A DNA stretch of 64,000 nt from an uncultured Methanosarcinales archaeon (GCA_964362365.1 CAYIEF010000003.1:79-64078), one strand, 5' to 3'. Counted from the stretch's first letter, positions 20,265 to 30,897 are shown. The notes: a model not told the origin generated them from the letters alone. Numbers and translations are program-made.

Positions 20265-21686
20265 TCACTCGCTCAACTTACTTCCTCTACTTTTACTCTC
20301 TTCCCAGCCGTTAGCAGTGATCTGTATAAATTCTGCATTCTCCTGCATGCCTTTAATATCCCAAGCACCGCAGTAGCTGATGCCGCTCTGTAGCCCTTTT
20401 ACTAATCCTTTGATGACTTCTCGAACTGAACCTTTGTAGTCAACTAAAATGGCTACTCCTTCCACATACACGTCTAACTTTTCCTTGACTTTCTTGCCTT
20501 CTAAATTTTCTTTCCGTTCATGATTGCTGTCATAGGAAGCGCTGCCCATATAGCGCTTATAGCGTTTTCCGTCTTTGGTGATAATATAACCGGGCGCTTC
20601 ATCAGTTCCAGCGAAAAAACTTCCTGAATATATCGTTGAAGCTCCAGTAGCTATCGCCTTAGTTACATCGCCGGGATACTGCATGCCTGCATCAGCACTA
20701 ACCGGAACATCATACCATTTTGCGACCGAAACCACGTCCATAATGGCAGTAAGCTGCGGTACTCCTGCTCCGGACATGATTCGTGTTGTGCATACTGGAG
20801 AAGCGCCTATGCCTACTTTCAGTCCATCTGCGCCCGCTTCAATCAAATCCCTTGCGGCAGCGGCCGTAGCGATGTTTCCCGCCATCAAATCAACCTGTGG
20901 AAAATGTTGCTTAAATTCCCGTATGCGCTGAATCGCCAATTCAGAATGGCAGTGAGCAATGTCGAGGATGATAACATCAGCGCCAGCATCAATCAATGCT
21001 TTGGACCTTTCAATCGTGTCTTTCACTCCTACTGCAGCGCCCACACGTAAGCGTCCTTTCTCATCCCGTGATGCATTTGGCCATTGTTCTAACTTGCGTA
21101 GATCTTTGGTGGTGATCAAACCGCGAAGTTTTCGGCCATCCAGCAATGGAAGTTTTTCAATACGATGCCGGTGCAGTATTTCTTTGGCTTGTTGTAACTC
21201 TATTCCATAGGGGGCGCAAATGAGCATATCTCTTCCGGTCATAACTTCAGTAATATTTTTATCTAAATTTTCTTCAAATAAATAATCACGCGAAGTAAAA
21301 ATTCCGATAAGTTCTTCACCATCTACAACTAAAAGGCTTGTTACTCCCTCCGTAATCATGATCTTTACCGCTTCTCCGACAGTGATAGTAGGCGGTACAG
21401 AAAGAGGGTTTTCAATCACATAGCTGGTGCTTCGCTTTACTTTTTTCACTTCTTCCACTTGTTCTTCAATAGTGTTGAACTGATGAATGGCACCTAAACC
21501 TCCTTCTCGGGCCATGGCGATGGCCATTTTATGTTCAGTAACTGTGGCCATGTTCGAACTGACTAAAGGAATATTTAAGAAAACATTTCGAGTAAATTTA
21601 GTACGTGTATCTGCTTCCGTGCGTGAACGAAGAGGGCTCTTTTTAGGAACAAGAAGAACATCATTAAAAGTAAGCCCTAGCTTCAT
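20265..21686 (-). CDS. guaB: IMP dehydrogenase
   Basis: LTFNDVLLVP, two CBS domains, KVGIG..CTTR, YMGSAS, EGV. Confidence 0.93.
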   Translation of the reverse strand: MKLGLTFNDVLLVPKKSPLRSRTEADTRTKFTRNVFLNIPLVSSNMATVTEHKMAIAMAREGGLGAIHQFNTIEEQVEEVKKVKRSTSYVIENPLSVPPTITVGEAVKIMITEGVTSLLVVDGEELIGIFTSRDYLFEENLDKNITEVMTGRDMLICAPYGIELQQAKEILHRHRIEKLPLLDGRKLRGLITTKDLRKLEQWPNASRDEKGRLRVGAAVGVKDTIERSKALIDAGADVIILDIAHCHSELAIQRIREFKQHFPQVDLMAGNIATAAAARDLIEAGADGLKVGIGASPVCTTRIMSGAGVPQLTAIMDVVSVAKWYDVPVSADAGMQYPGDVTKAIATGASTIYSGSFFAGTDEAPGYIITKDGKRYKRYMGSASYDSNHERKENLEGKKVKEKLDVYVEGVAILVDYKGSVREVIKGLVKGLQSGISYCGAWDIKGMQENAEFIQITANGWEESKSRGSKLSE

Positions 21687-21828
21687 TGTGAACCATCATT
21701 TTTAGAGAGTGTTATGGTTTAAATAGATTATGGATATGAAGGCAATATGTCTTCTCACCCGAGCATTATCCTGGTGTTGCGAGACTTGCGTAATCTTTAA
21801 AAAGAGAAAACTTCTTCAGTAATTTTTA

Positions 21829-22257
21829 ATGTCAAAGCTTGCTCTTTTTGATGAAGAGATATATTCTACGTTAGAAGTAATAATCGATTCTATCGCGCTC
21901 TATTTACCAGTAGGAACTGAAGGAGCTTCATCTTTTCCTGATAAGGAAATATTAGGGAAGCTGCAACAGCAAGGTTATAATCCAAAAATGTCTTGGGCTT
22001 TCCTTCGCGCCTGCTATTGGCACTTAGCTGATAAGAAAATAATGATAGTTGATTATTCTTTACGTTATCGTTTAACTGAGAAAATAAATGATGAGAGAAA
22101 AACAGATCTCTGCATGAAAATCTTCTCTGAATACGAGAACTATCTTCAAGCCAACTACGCTCGTTCTTTGATTGATCCTAATCCTTATCGTTTGCCTGAA
22201 AAAGCTCCGGACAGTTCTTCTGGTTTAAGACTGAGGTCTTTTTCTGGGGGGAAATGA
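21829..22257 (+). CDS. hypothetical protein
   Basis: 142-aa ORF with TATA-like upstream. Confidence 0.55.
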   Translation: MSKLALFDEEIYSTLEVIIDSIALYLPVGTEGASSFPDKEILGKLQQQGYNPKMSWAFLRACYWHLADKKIMIVDYSLRYRLTEKINDERKTDLCMKIFSEYENYLQANYARSLIDPNPYRLPEKAPDSSSGLRLRSFSGGK

Positions 22258-22261
22258 GTAA

Positions 22262-22389
22262 AGAAATTCCTAAAAATTACTACCCCGCAGCAAGCTACGG
22301 GGCATTACGCAATTTTTCAAGACGGAATTTCTAACTCCGCTTTGGGTGTAGATACGCAGCAAGCTGCGGGGTATGGACCCAAAGCCGGA
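22262..22389. repeat. bipartite palindromic repeat (MITE/REP-like), same family as the RT insertion
   Basis: CCCCGCAGC-AA-GCTACGGGG and GCAGC-AA-GCTGCGGGGTATGGACCC, each closed by an outer stem. Confidence 0.7.
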
Positions 22390-22441
22390 ATCAATAATTT
22401 CCTACCATAAATCTTAAAACTGATTGTTCTTCCTAAAGGTT

Positions 22442-23641
22442 ATGTCGCTCTTCACCATCAAATACGCACCTAAAAACTCCGATCAGGTCTTCGGCCAGCA
22501 GTTAGCAGTTTTACAATTACGTAATTTTATAACCCAGTACAAACAGCAGCAGCACAAGTCAGCGCTTCTGCTTGGACCTATTGGCTGCGGGAAAACTTCT
22601 TCCGTGTATGCCTTAGCTAAAGAATTAAAGTACGACGTGGTGGAATTAAATTCTTCTGACCTAAGAAATGCTGAAAACATTACGCAATTCCTTAACTCTG
22701 CTCTTGGACAGCAATCACTTTTCTTCACTCCCAAAGTTGTTCTAATTGATGAAGTAGATAATATTTCCGGAGTCGCTGATCGAGGCTGCATTCCCGCATT
22801 AATCAAAGCCATCGAAAAATCGTCTTTTCCGGTAATCTTGACCGCTAATGATATTGAAGACAGCAAATTCAAAGCCTTAGCAAAAGCATCGCAAGTCATT
22901 CCTTACCACAAACTTCAGTACAAAACCGTTTCTCATTGCCTGCAATGGGTCTGCGAACAGGAAGGCATAACATTTGATGAAAAAGCGGTAAACTCTTTAG
23001 CGCGGCAAGTTGATGGAGATATGCGCGCAGCATTGATTGACTTGCAAGGAAGTTCTTCCACAAAAAATATTACCTTTGCTGACGTTTCCAATCTTTCCGA
23101 CCGCAAGCGGACAGAAACTATTCTCAATGCGCTAATGGTTATTTTCAAATCTTCCTCAATAGAGACAGCTCTTCCTGCACTAGAGAATGTCGATCTTGAG
23201 CCGCGAGATACTATCCATTGGATCGATGAGAACATGCCTAAAGAATATCTCACTGCTAAAGCATTAGCCAAAGGATATGAACATCTTGCCCGTGCAGACG
23301 TCTTCCAAGGACGGATCATGAATAGGCAGCATTGGCGTTTCTTAGCGTACATTAACGATCTCTTAACCGCGGGAATTTCTTCTGCAAAGGAAGAAAAGAA
23401 TCCGCAATTTGTTCCATATAAACAGACCATGCGTTTCTTACGCTTATGGCAGTCCAAGATGAAGAACGCCAAGAAAAAAGAAATTGCCGCTAAGTTGGCG
23501 GCAAAGACACACACTTCCACTTCAGTTGCTGAACAGCAGGTTCCATATTTGCAAGTTATCTTTCAGAAAGGCACTGGAACCGATATTGCTCAGGAATTGG
23601 AATTGAATGAGGAAGAAGTGGAGTGGCTGAAAGGGAAATAG
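22442..23641 (+). CDS. rfcL: replication factor C large subunit
   Basis: KYAP, GPIGCGKT, ELNSSDLR, LIDEVD, GDMR, WIDEN. Confidence 0.92.
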   Translation: MSLFTIKYAPKNSDQVFGQQLAVLQLRNFITQYKQQQHKSALLLGPIGCGKTSSVYALAKELKYDVVELNSSDLRNAENITQFLNSALGQQSLFFTPKVVLIDEVDNISGVADRGCIPALIKAIEKSSFPVILTANDIEDSKFKALAKASQVIPYHKLQYKTVSHCLQWVCEQEGITFDEKAVNSLARQVDGDMRAALIDLQGSSSTKNITFADVSNLSDRKRTETILNALMVIFKSSSIETALPALENVDLEPRDTIHWIDENMPKEYLTAKALAKGYEHLARADVFQGRIMNRQHWRFLAYINDLLTAGISSAKEEKNPQFVPYKQTMRFLRLWQSKMKNAKKKEIAAKLAAKTHTSTSVAEQQVPYLQVIFQKGTGTDIAQELELNEEEVEWLKGK

Positions 23642-23655
23642 AAGTTAACTCCTTC

Positions 23656-25098
23656 CTAAGGGATGGAATTAGTTAACCATTTTGCTTTTTCGTGGGCGTT
23701 TTTAAAAAGAGACTTTACTGATTGATGTCTCAAAGCGCGAGTAGCTATCGGAGCGTAAAAATCAGCCATGGTTAAAGCATATTTCCGTGCTTGAAAAATG
23801 AAGTCTTTCGGCGGAAGTTCTGGATTCAAATCATGATGCTTCCCTTCTTTGTATTCTTCAATAAATCGTTCCTGATCCAAAATGTGAATAAACCCTTCTC
23901 TGTTTCTTTGTGCAAACTCTCCCCACTGCTTTGATACATCATTCAATTTTCGAAGCTTAGCCCCATTCTCTTTCTGTTCCATCACCAGAGAGAGATAAAT
24001 AGTATCCCCACTATTTGCTTCATCAATATACTTATTTCTTCTGTCTAAATAACAAATCTGATGATGAAAATTAGCATCGAATGTAGCTCTTCTTTCTTGA
24101 GGAGTATACAGTAATCCTCCTTTTTGTTTAGTAAGCCGTACATAGTTACAAAAAGCTTTCAACTTTGCTTGTTTTTCTTCATCTGGAATATTTTTTACTA
24201 AGGTAATATTCCAATCGTTCCAAGGATGAAGAGTAATGTGTTCAGAATCGATGTCTATAGAAACATCTTGCTCCATAGTAAATACCGGATCTTTGTAGCT
24301 ACACCAGCCATTACCTTGTGCAAGAATTAGTTTTCTTTTTGCTTGAGTAACCTGGGCCTGGTCATTGTATGTCCAGAGCAATTCATCAACATAACGGAAA
24401 AGAAACCGATCAATATATTCTTGCTTTATAGAAAACATGCCATTCTCTGAAGAGAAGCATACGGAAAGCCCCATTGTTCCTTCCGGTAAAGAAAAATTTG
24501 TAAGCTTTTGGCCACTAGAAAAATAATCAAAAAATCCCTGTGCAGAATTAAAATGTCGGATGGTAGTATGCAGTTCTTCTTCAGTGAGTTCCTCCAAAGA
24601 AGTGTAAGGGATTTTCTTTACAGTCATTTCATCATCGTTCTGAAGACAAACTGATATGCTTCCTCCAATAGGTTCTCCGCGATGGATCTCTAGATGGCTA
24701 GGAAAATATTGCGCTGATCCGAATTCGCTGAAGAAAGGATCAACCAATAAATGTTTATTTTCCAAAGGAACATCAACAATAAAATGGTCTGATTCTAGAT
24801 TGTTATAGTTTATCGCTCGGAGGAGGCGAGGGTTAAGTCCCGCTACTTTGGTAACAACGTACGTTGCTATTCCTGCCTCGGCACAATTAAGTTGTTCCCG
24901 AACTTCATGAGGATAGCGAAGGGTTCTTCCTTGCAGAAGTGCTTCTCCTACTCCGTAGTCCAGCGCATCAATCCAGTCTCTAATAGCTCCGGCAATTGTA
25001 ATCGCTGGATGAAAAACTTCTTCCGTTACGGTCTTAGAAAGAATATCTCTTGCGAAGCTTATAGATTCTTCTGATAGTTGATTCACACCGGACTCCAA
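23656..25098 (-). CDS. hypothetical protein with N-terminal transglutaminase-like Cys-His-Asp motif
   Basis: LNCAE...DHFIV...LVDPF spacing. Confidence 0.55.
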   Translation of the reverse strand: MESGVNQLSEESISFARDILSKTVTEEVFHPAITIAGAIRDWIDALDYGVGEALLQGRTLRYPHEVREQLNCAEAGIATYVVTKVAGLNPRLLRAINYNNLESDHFIVDVPLENKHLLVDPFFSEFGSAQYFPSHLEIHRGEPIGGSISVCLQNDDEMTVKKIPYTSLEELTEEELHTTIRHFNSAQGFFDYFSSGQKLTNFSLPEGTMGLSVCFSSENGMFSIKQEYIDRFLFRYVDELLWTYNDQAQVTQAKRKLILAQGNGWCSYKDPVFTMEQDVSIDIDSEHITLHPWNDWNITLVKNIPDEEKQAKLKAFCNYVRLTKQKGGLLYTPQERRATFDANFHHQICYLDRRNKYIDEANSGDTIYLSLVMEQKENGAKLRKLNDVSKQWGEFAQRNREGFIHILDQERFIEEYKEGKHHDLNPELPPKDFIFQARKYALTMADFYAPIATRALRHQSVKSLFKNAHEKAKWLTNSIP

Positions 25099-25106
25099 AC
25101 ACTCTT

Positions 25107-25382
25107 CTAAATCCTCTCGTATTGTTCAAAGTTTGGCAAAGATGCAGCTCCTGCAGGCCGCCAGAACTGACGAGGAGACTTCTCATCATTCGCTATTTTG
25201 TATTCTATCTTCACGGCGTATCTTGCTTCACCATCACAAACAGCAGTTATTTCTCTATACAGAGCGTATTTACTTCTATCAGTAAAAGGCAATCCTGCTC
25301 GTGCTTGAACTATTGCTTCTTCTGGTGTTTTTCCGTATCCTCGAACCACATTTGCTCTTCGTAATAAATCTGTTAGTCCCAT
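25107..25382 (-). CDS. hypothetical protein
   Basis: GGTGA RBS; GYGKTPEEA. Confidence 0.55.
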   Translation of the reverse strand: MGLTDLLRRANVVRGYGKTPEEAIVQARAGLPFTDRSKYALYREITAVCDGEARYAVKIEYKIANDEKSPRQFWRPAGAASLPNFEQYERI

Positions 25383-25469
25383 ATGTTTTTCACCCTTTCT
25401 CGCGATAACCAATCTAATTTAAAAATGTTTCTAGATAAATTTATAAAATACACGTACATACACGGAAGC

Positions 25470-25694
25470 ATGGGAACAAAAACAATTTCAATATCGGAGG
25501 ATGCCTATGATATTCTGAAAGCCAAGAAGGAAAGTTCTGAGAGTTTTAGTGAGGTCATTGTCAGGATGTCCGGCAAGAAAAATTTATCTTCATTCTACGG
25601 AGCATTAAGTAAAGAGAGCGCAGATGCTTTAGAAAAGGCCGTTGCAGAAATTAGAAAGAAACATAGTTCGGCTCATGCAAAAAGAATACGATGA
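25470..25694 (+). CDS. vapB: VapB-type antitoxin (DUF217-like)
   Basis: TKTISISEDAY..L...K...ESFSEVI.R. Confidence 0.85.
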   Translation: MGTKTISISEDAYDILKAKKESSESFSEVIVRMSGKKNLSSFYGALSKESADALEKAVAEIRKKHSSAHAKRIR

Positions 25695-26086
25695 TTTTAG
25701 ACACTACTTTTATTATTGATTTGTTGAGAGGAAAAAATCTGGGAGTGAAAGAGAAAGCAGAAGAATTAGACCATCTTTTTGAAACTAAAGCAGTAGTATC
25801 CGTTAGCGTTATGGAACTCTGGCGGGGTGCTCTTCAAAGTGTTAGAAGAGAAGAAGAACAGAATAAGATCAACGAGCTCATAAAATCGTTCTTAGTATAT
25901 CCCTTTGATGAAAAAACCGCCAGGGAATCAGGAGAAATTGAAGCTGACTTAATAAAAAAGGGGGAAATTATTGATTTAGAAGACATAATGATTGCCGGCG
26001 TTGCCAAAGTGCACAATGAAACAGTACTGACACGCAACGTAAAACATTTTGAGAGAATCAATGGTTTGAGAGTAGAAACATACTGA
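25691..26086 (+). CDS. vapC: VapC PIN-domain toxin
   Basis: ILDTTFIID, EL, DIMIA, TRNVKHF. Confidence 0.9.
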   Translation: MILDTTFIIDLLRGKNLGVKEKAEELDHLFETKAVVSVSVMELWRGALQSVRREEEQNKINELIKSFLVYPFDEKTARESGEIEADLIKKGEIIDLEDIMIAGVAKVHNETVLTRNVKHFERINGLRVETY

Positions 26087-26278
26087 ATGACTGCAGGTTT
26101 ATCAATATTAAAAAGAAGATAAAAAGTACTTGTGACTAAACCAAACAGCAAATTATTGAAGGCAAAGCCTTCATCGTCCTTAAAAAATTATAACAATTTT
26201 TTGGGACACAAAAGGACCTTGTCCTTTCAGTGTTTCTTAACGGAAAACTTTAATAATCTTCCCTTACAATTAACTCTT

Positions 26279-27769
26279 ATGACTCATTCAGCGCAAGATT
26301 TAGCGGTATTCTGCAGGAAGAAGGGGTTCATGTATTCTTCATCTGAAATTTACGGCGGATTGGCAGGTTTATACGATTACGGCCACTTAGGGACAAAACT
26401 GAAACATAACTTTGAGAACCTCTGGAGAAACTATTTCCTCAGTTTGGATGATAACTACTTTGAAATCGAAGCCGCCAACATCATGCATGAAAATGTGTTC
26501 AAAGCTTCAGGACATCTGGAAAATTTTATCGATCCGATTGTAAGTTGTCCCAGGTGTGATTTTTCGGAACGAGCCGATCATTTTGTGCAGGCAAAAACTA
26601 AAACCAGAGCAGAGGGCCTTTCCCCGGAACAATTAACAAAACTCATTGAAAAAAATAACCTGCTTTGTCCAAAATGCGGTGCAAAGTTAAAACAGGTTTC
26701 AGTCATGAACATGATGTTTCCGGTTAATTTAGGAACGGGGAGAGGAAATCGTGCTTATCTTCGCCCGGAAACCGCCCAATCGCCGTTTGTTAATTTTAAG
26801 TTGCAATACGAATTACAAAGGAAAAAATTACCGTTAGGATTAGCGGTTATTGGAAAAGCATATCGAAACGAAATATCCCCTCGAAATTTCGTGCTTCGCC
26901 AGCGCGAGTTTACGCAAGCAGAATTGCAAATATTCTTTAATCCGGCAAAACTGAATGAACACAAATATTTTGACTTGGTGAAGAATTACAAAGTCAGAAC
27001 CTTGTTGGTCAAAGATAGAAATGGAAATCAGGAGCAAGTGGTGGAACATACCGCTCAAGAATTAGTTTCGCAAGGTCTTCCTCAATTTTATGTCTACCAT
27101 CTGGTAAAGATTCAGCAGTTCTATCTTGATGTACTAAAAATTCCCAAAGAAAAGCTTCGCTTTTACGAACTAGATGAAAAGGAACGCGCTTTTTACAACA
27201 AATATCATTTTGATATCGAGATTGAATTGCAGGAATTTGGATATACGGAAGTGGGCGGGGTTCATTATCGGACTGACCACGATCTGAAAGGACATGAGCG
27301 GGTTTCCGGACAGAAAATGGAGATCTTCGATGAAGAATCAGCTAGTAAGTTTATTCCTCATGTTTTAGAGCTCTCTTTTGGAGTAGACAGAAATACCTAT
27401 GCCTTACTTGATCTTAATTTTGATGATGATAAAGCAAGAGGAAATATTGTTTTGCATTTGTCATCTTCCCTGGCTCCTTTTTTCTGCGCAGTATTTCCTT
27501 TAGTCAAAAACAAACCAGAAATAACTGCCAAAGCAGAGGAAGTATATTCTCTGGTACAAAAACAATTCCCTTGTTTCTATGATGAGGCAGCTTCAGTAGG
27601 CCGGCGTTACGCTCGAGCAGATGAAATAGGGGTTCGTTATTGTATTACGGTTGATTTTGAAAGTCTGGAAGATAATGCTGTTACTCTGCGTGATCGTGAT
27701 ACTACGCAGCAGGAGAGGGTAAAGATTACTAAGCTTCTAGAACGATTGTCGGAATTATCTTCTGATTAA
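26279..27769 (+). CDS. glyS: glycyl-tRNA synthetase (alpha2 type)
   Basis: EIYGG, LRPETAQ, RNEISPR, REFTQAE, GRRYARADEIG. Confidence 0.95.
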   Translation: MTHSAQDLAVFCRKKGFMYSSSEIYGGLAGLYDYGHLGTKLKHNFENLWRNYFLSLDDNYFEIEAANIMHENVFKASGHLENFIDPIVSCPRCDFSERADHFVQAKTKTRAEGLSPEQLTKLIEKNNLLCPKCGAKLKQVSVMNMMFPVNLGTGRGNRAYLRPETAQSPFVNFKLQYELQRKKLPLGLAVIGKAYRNEISPRNFVLRQREFTQAELQIFFNPAKLNEHKYFDLVKNYKVRTLLVKDRNGNQEQVVEHTAQELVSQGLPQFYVYHLVKIQQFYLDVLKIPKEKLRFYELDEKERAFYNKYHFDIEIELQEFGYTEVGGVHYRTDHDLKGHERVSGQKMEIFDEESASKFIPHVLELSFGVDRNTYALLDLNFDDDKARGNIVLHLSSSLAPFFCAVFPLVKNKPEITAKAEEVYSLVQKQFPCFYDEAASVGRRYARADEIGVRYCITVDFESLEDNAVTLRDRDTTQQERVKITKLLERLSELSSD

Positions 27770-27793
27770 TTTAAATAACAGCAATTTTTATAA

Positions 27794-28393
27794 ATGCTTA
27801 AAAAATGGTTAGTAATTATGAAAAAGAGTAAAGCTTCAGAATACGAAATTCACAAGAAAGGCTCCTATGTTTCTATTGTTTTACTAATACTAATAGCTTT
27901 AACATTAGGGGTAGTAATCTATCTCTTATTCCAGCCTGGCGCGGAAGAAGGTTCTTCTATGCGGACATTGCTGCTTTCTATAATCGGTGTAACTGTATTT
28001 GTTCTGGTTTTGTATGTAGTTTGGGAATTTTCTGCTGCCAACCGCTTGCGCAGGATGCTCAAGAAAATCGAGCCGATGGTAAGCTCTGAGCCGATGGACG
28101 AAATTAAGAAATTATACTTAAAGGCCTATAATCTATACATGAAACTTTCTGAAAAAAAGAAACAGAATTTTTACAGCAGGGTGAACTCTCTACGCGAATC
28201 TCTCGAGGAACATTTGCAAAATGAAAAAAAATTAGAACGTCTTCTCCAAGATACAGAAAAAGGCAGTATCAGTGATCAGAAGAAAAAATATTTTGATCTT
28301 TACGCTATTTACGAAAAACTTCCTCAAAAAGTACAGAATAAATATTATCCTCAGATTGTGCAACTGCGGGATAGGCTAGAGCGGGGAAAGTAA
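27794..28393 (+). CDS. hypothetical membrane protein (2 TM + helical)
   Basis: Two hydrophobic segments. Confidence 0.65.
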   Translation: MLKKWLVIMKKSKASEYEIHKKGSYVSIVLLILIALTLGVVIYLLFQPGAEEGSSMRTLLLSIIGVTVFVLVLYVVWEFSAANRLRRMLKKIEPMVSSEPMDEIKKLYLKAYNLYMKLSEKKKQNFYSRVNSLRESLEEHLQNEKKLERLLQDTEKGSISDQKKKYFDLYAIYEKLPQKVQNKYYPQIVQLRDRLERGK

Positions 28394-28399
28394 TCTCTT

Positions 28400-28705
28400 A
28401 TGAAAATTACAGAAGTACAGCCAAATCAAGGAAATATTACTCTCGAAGCGGAGATTGTTTTTAAAGAAGAGCCGCGCACTTTCAATAAGTTTGGAAAAGA
28501 AGGAAAGGTATGTAACGCAACTATTGCCGATTCCAGCGGCGAAATGGCCTTAACCTTATGGAATGATGATATTGATAAAGTGAAGGTAGGAGATAAGGTC
28601 AAATTGGAAAATGGCTGGTGTTCTGAATTTAAGGGGCAAAAGCAAGTCTCTGCTGGGAAATTCGGGAAACTGGAAGTTGTGAAAGCTACAAATAAGCTAA
28701 AATAA
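28400..28705 (+). CDS. single OB-fold ssDNA-binding protein (SSB/RPA-like)
   Basis: IADSSGE..LTLW, VGD.V.LENG, GKFG. Confidence 0.85.
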   Translation: MKITEVQPNQGNITLEAEIVFKEEPRTFNKFGKEGKVCNATIADSSGEMALTLWNDDIDKVKVGDKVKLENGWCSEFKGQKQVSAGKFGKLEVVKATNKLK

Positions 28706-28733
28706 ATAATTAAATGATCAATAAAATAAAAAA

Positions 28734-29066
28734 ATGAAACTAAAACCATCCTTAAAACAAAAGAAACGGTATGTACTCTTCGAGATCCAAGCCGCTAAGG
28801 CATTCGCTCTTTCTGAAGTATCCGAAGCCATCGAAACCTCATTGCTGCGCTTCTTGGGTGAGCTGGGGATGGCCAAAGCCAGTCCGCTCTTTGTAAGGGA
28901 GAAATGGGACGAAAAAAAGCAAAGATTTGTGCTGAAAGTCAATCACAAATATGTAGATGAATTAAAAACAGCGGTCATATTAAACAAAAAGATTAAAAAT
29001 ACCCCCGTACTTATACGTTCTGTCCTGACTTCAGGCACGCTGAAGAAGATAAGCTCACATTTATAA
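28734..29066 (+). CDS. rnp2: RNase P protein Pop5/Rpp14
   Basis: PSLKQKKRYV, FLGELG, SGTLKK. Confidence 0.88.
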   Translation: MKLKPSLKQKKRYVLFEIQAAKAFALSEVSEAIETSLLRFLGELGMAKASPLFVREKWDEKKQRFVLKVNHKYVDELKTAVILNKKIKNTPVLIRSVLTSGTLKKISSHL

Positions 29067-29134
29067 TAAACCGAAAATAATAAAGCAAAAGATAATCAAT
29101 AATAAAATAATAATCGCGATTTGAGGTGTTAAAT

Positions 29135-29863
29135 ATGCAAGCAAAACAACAACAGATGGTCGATAAGATGGGGTATGACCGCTCCATTACCATGTTTTCT
29201 CCAGATGGAAGGTTATTACAGGTAGAATACGCTAAGAAAACCGTAAAACAGGGTTCTACGGCTATAGGTATCGCTTGCAAGGATGGGGTTGTCTTTGTGG
29301 TTGATAAAAGAGTCACTTCCAAACTTCTGGTTCCAGAAGCAATCGAGAAGATGTTTGTCATTGATGACCATGTTGCTGCTGCCGCTTCAGGTATCATCTC
29401 TGACGCGCGAGTGTTAGTAGATAGAGCGCAGATGCGCGCCCAACAGCATGCGGTTACCTATGATTCCAAAGTAGACACTCTTTCCTTAGTCAAAGAAATA
29501 TGTGACATGAAACAGATCTGCACCCAGTCAGCCGGATTGCGTCCTTTCGGCGTTTCCTTGCTGGTCGGCGGGGTAGAAGAAGATGGTACTGTCAAGCTAT
29601 TCTTGACTGAACCTTACGGATTGTACTTCCAATACAAAGCAGCAGTCATCGGCGAAGGCGAGATGGAGATCGAAGCGCAGCTGCAGAAGCGCTATAAAGC
29701 CAGCATGACCGTTGACGAAGGATTGAAATTAGGAGTTACTTTACTCAAAGAATTCTTACAGGCAGAATTCAACTTTGATAGAGTAGATGCCGCGTACATT
29801 AACGTGGAAGAGAAGCGCTTTTACAAGCTTAGCAATGATGAGTTGAAGAAGCTGGTGAAGTGA
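29135..29863 (+). CDS. psmA: proteasome alpha subunit
   Basis: GYDRSITMFSPDGRLLQVEYA, RPFGVSLL. Confidence 0.96.
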   Translation: MQAKQQQMVDKMGYDRSITMFSPDGRLLQVEYAKKTVKQGSTAIGIACKDGVVFVVDKRVTSKLLVPEAIEKMFVIDDHVAAAASGIISDARVLVDRAQMRAQQHAVTYDSKVDTLSLVKEICDMKQICTQSAGLRPFGVSLLVGGVEEDGTVKLFLTEPYGLYFQYKAAVIGEGEMEIEAQLQKRYKASMTVDEGLKLGVTLLKEFLQAEFNFDRVDAAYINVEEKRFYKLSNDELKKLVK

Positions 29864-29873
29864 GTTATCGTTT

Positions 29874-30347
29874 TTATACTCTTTGATTTATCTTTTTTTC
29901 AATCTCTTTTTTTAGAGCGTTGATATAAATTTTAAATTGCAATTCAACTTCCTTCCAATCTTTATTATCTACGGGTAACCCATAATAATTGATTCCGTTT
30001 CTTTTTGTTCTGACTTTTTCGAAGAAATCCCATTCAAATTCTAATTCGGGATGTTTTTCACAAAGAAAGACAAATAAACATTGATGGTTTTCAATTTTTA
30101 TCTTCTCGAATCGTAAATAAGATTCGGTCAGCTCATGTAAAGCATCGTAATACAGCTTATATGCGCTATTCCATAAATAATTGTTTTTAGCGGCGCTCTT
30201 CTTGATGACCTCTGCTGCTTCCACATCTCCTTCTGCAATCCTCAAAGTGGATTTTATTTTCTCTGTATCAATATCTTCTATGAATAAAAACCGCCCTTCT
30301 TTTTTGCATTTCAGAAATGCTTCTTCTTTAGTTAGATATTTAGGCAT
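29874..30347 (-). CDS. HEPN-like protein
   Basis: YYDALH, NHQC, R..RNGINYYG; coupled to MNT. Confidence 0.75.
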   Translation of the reverse strand: MPKYLTKEEAFLKCKKEGRFLFIEDIDTEKIKSTLRIAEGDVEAAEVIKKSAAKNNYLWNSAYKLYYDALHELTESYLRFEKIKIENHQCLFVFLCEKHPELEFEWDFFEKVRTKRNGINYYGLPVDNKDWKEVELQFKIYINALKKEIEKKINQRV

Positions 30348-30897
30348 TGACGTTCACCGAAATGAAATTTAAATCGCCTTTGATAAGGTTCCCTTTAATG
30401 ATGTTTTTAAGCAGTCCTTCTCCAAGCTCGGTTAATTCATTTTTATTTTGGCAAATGAACAATTGTATCTCCTTATGTAAACGTAGCTCATAATCAACTA
30501 TTTTAAGGCCTTCAGGATCTCCGTATATAAAAATATCTATGTCAGAATCTTTATACCAATCCCCTTTGGCCATGCTTCCAAAAAGAATAATAGTCTTGGC
30601 TTTTGGCAGAGACAATAGTTTTGGGATAAGGCCGCTTTTATGAAGCTGTTCTAAAGCATACATTCTTTTCCATGAAAAATAGATAAAGTTATTGCTTCCT
30701 GCGGTAAAATAAGGAAATTTTCCTTTTTCTTTTACTTTCTTCAGCAGCCCTTCTTTGAGGTATTTTTTGAGCCATTTGTTGGCTGCGGCTCTGGTAATCT
30801 TTGCTTCTCTCACGATCTCCTCAAAGTGCCATTCCTTCAATGGGCTGTTTTCTAAGATCAATTTCAACACTTTTTCTTCCTTGCTGGGGCTTGCCAT
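30340..30897 (-). CDS. HTH + MNT antitoxin
   Basis: FGSMAKGDW..SDIDIF. Confidence 0.85.
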   Translation of the reverse strand: MASPSKEEKVLKLILENSPLKEWHFEEIVREAKITRAAANKWLKKYLKEGLLKKVKEKGKFPYFTAGSNNFIYFSWKRMYALEQLHKSGLIPKLLSLPKAKTIILFGSMAKGDWYKDSDIDIFIYGDPEGLKIVDYELRLHKEIQLFICQNKNELTELGEGLLKNIIKGNLIKGDLNFISVNVNA

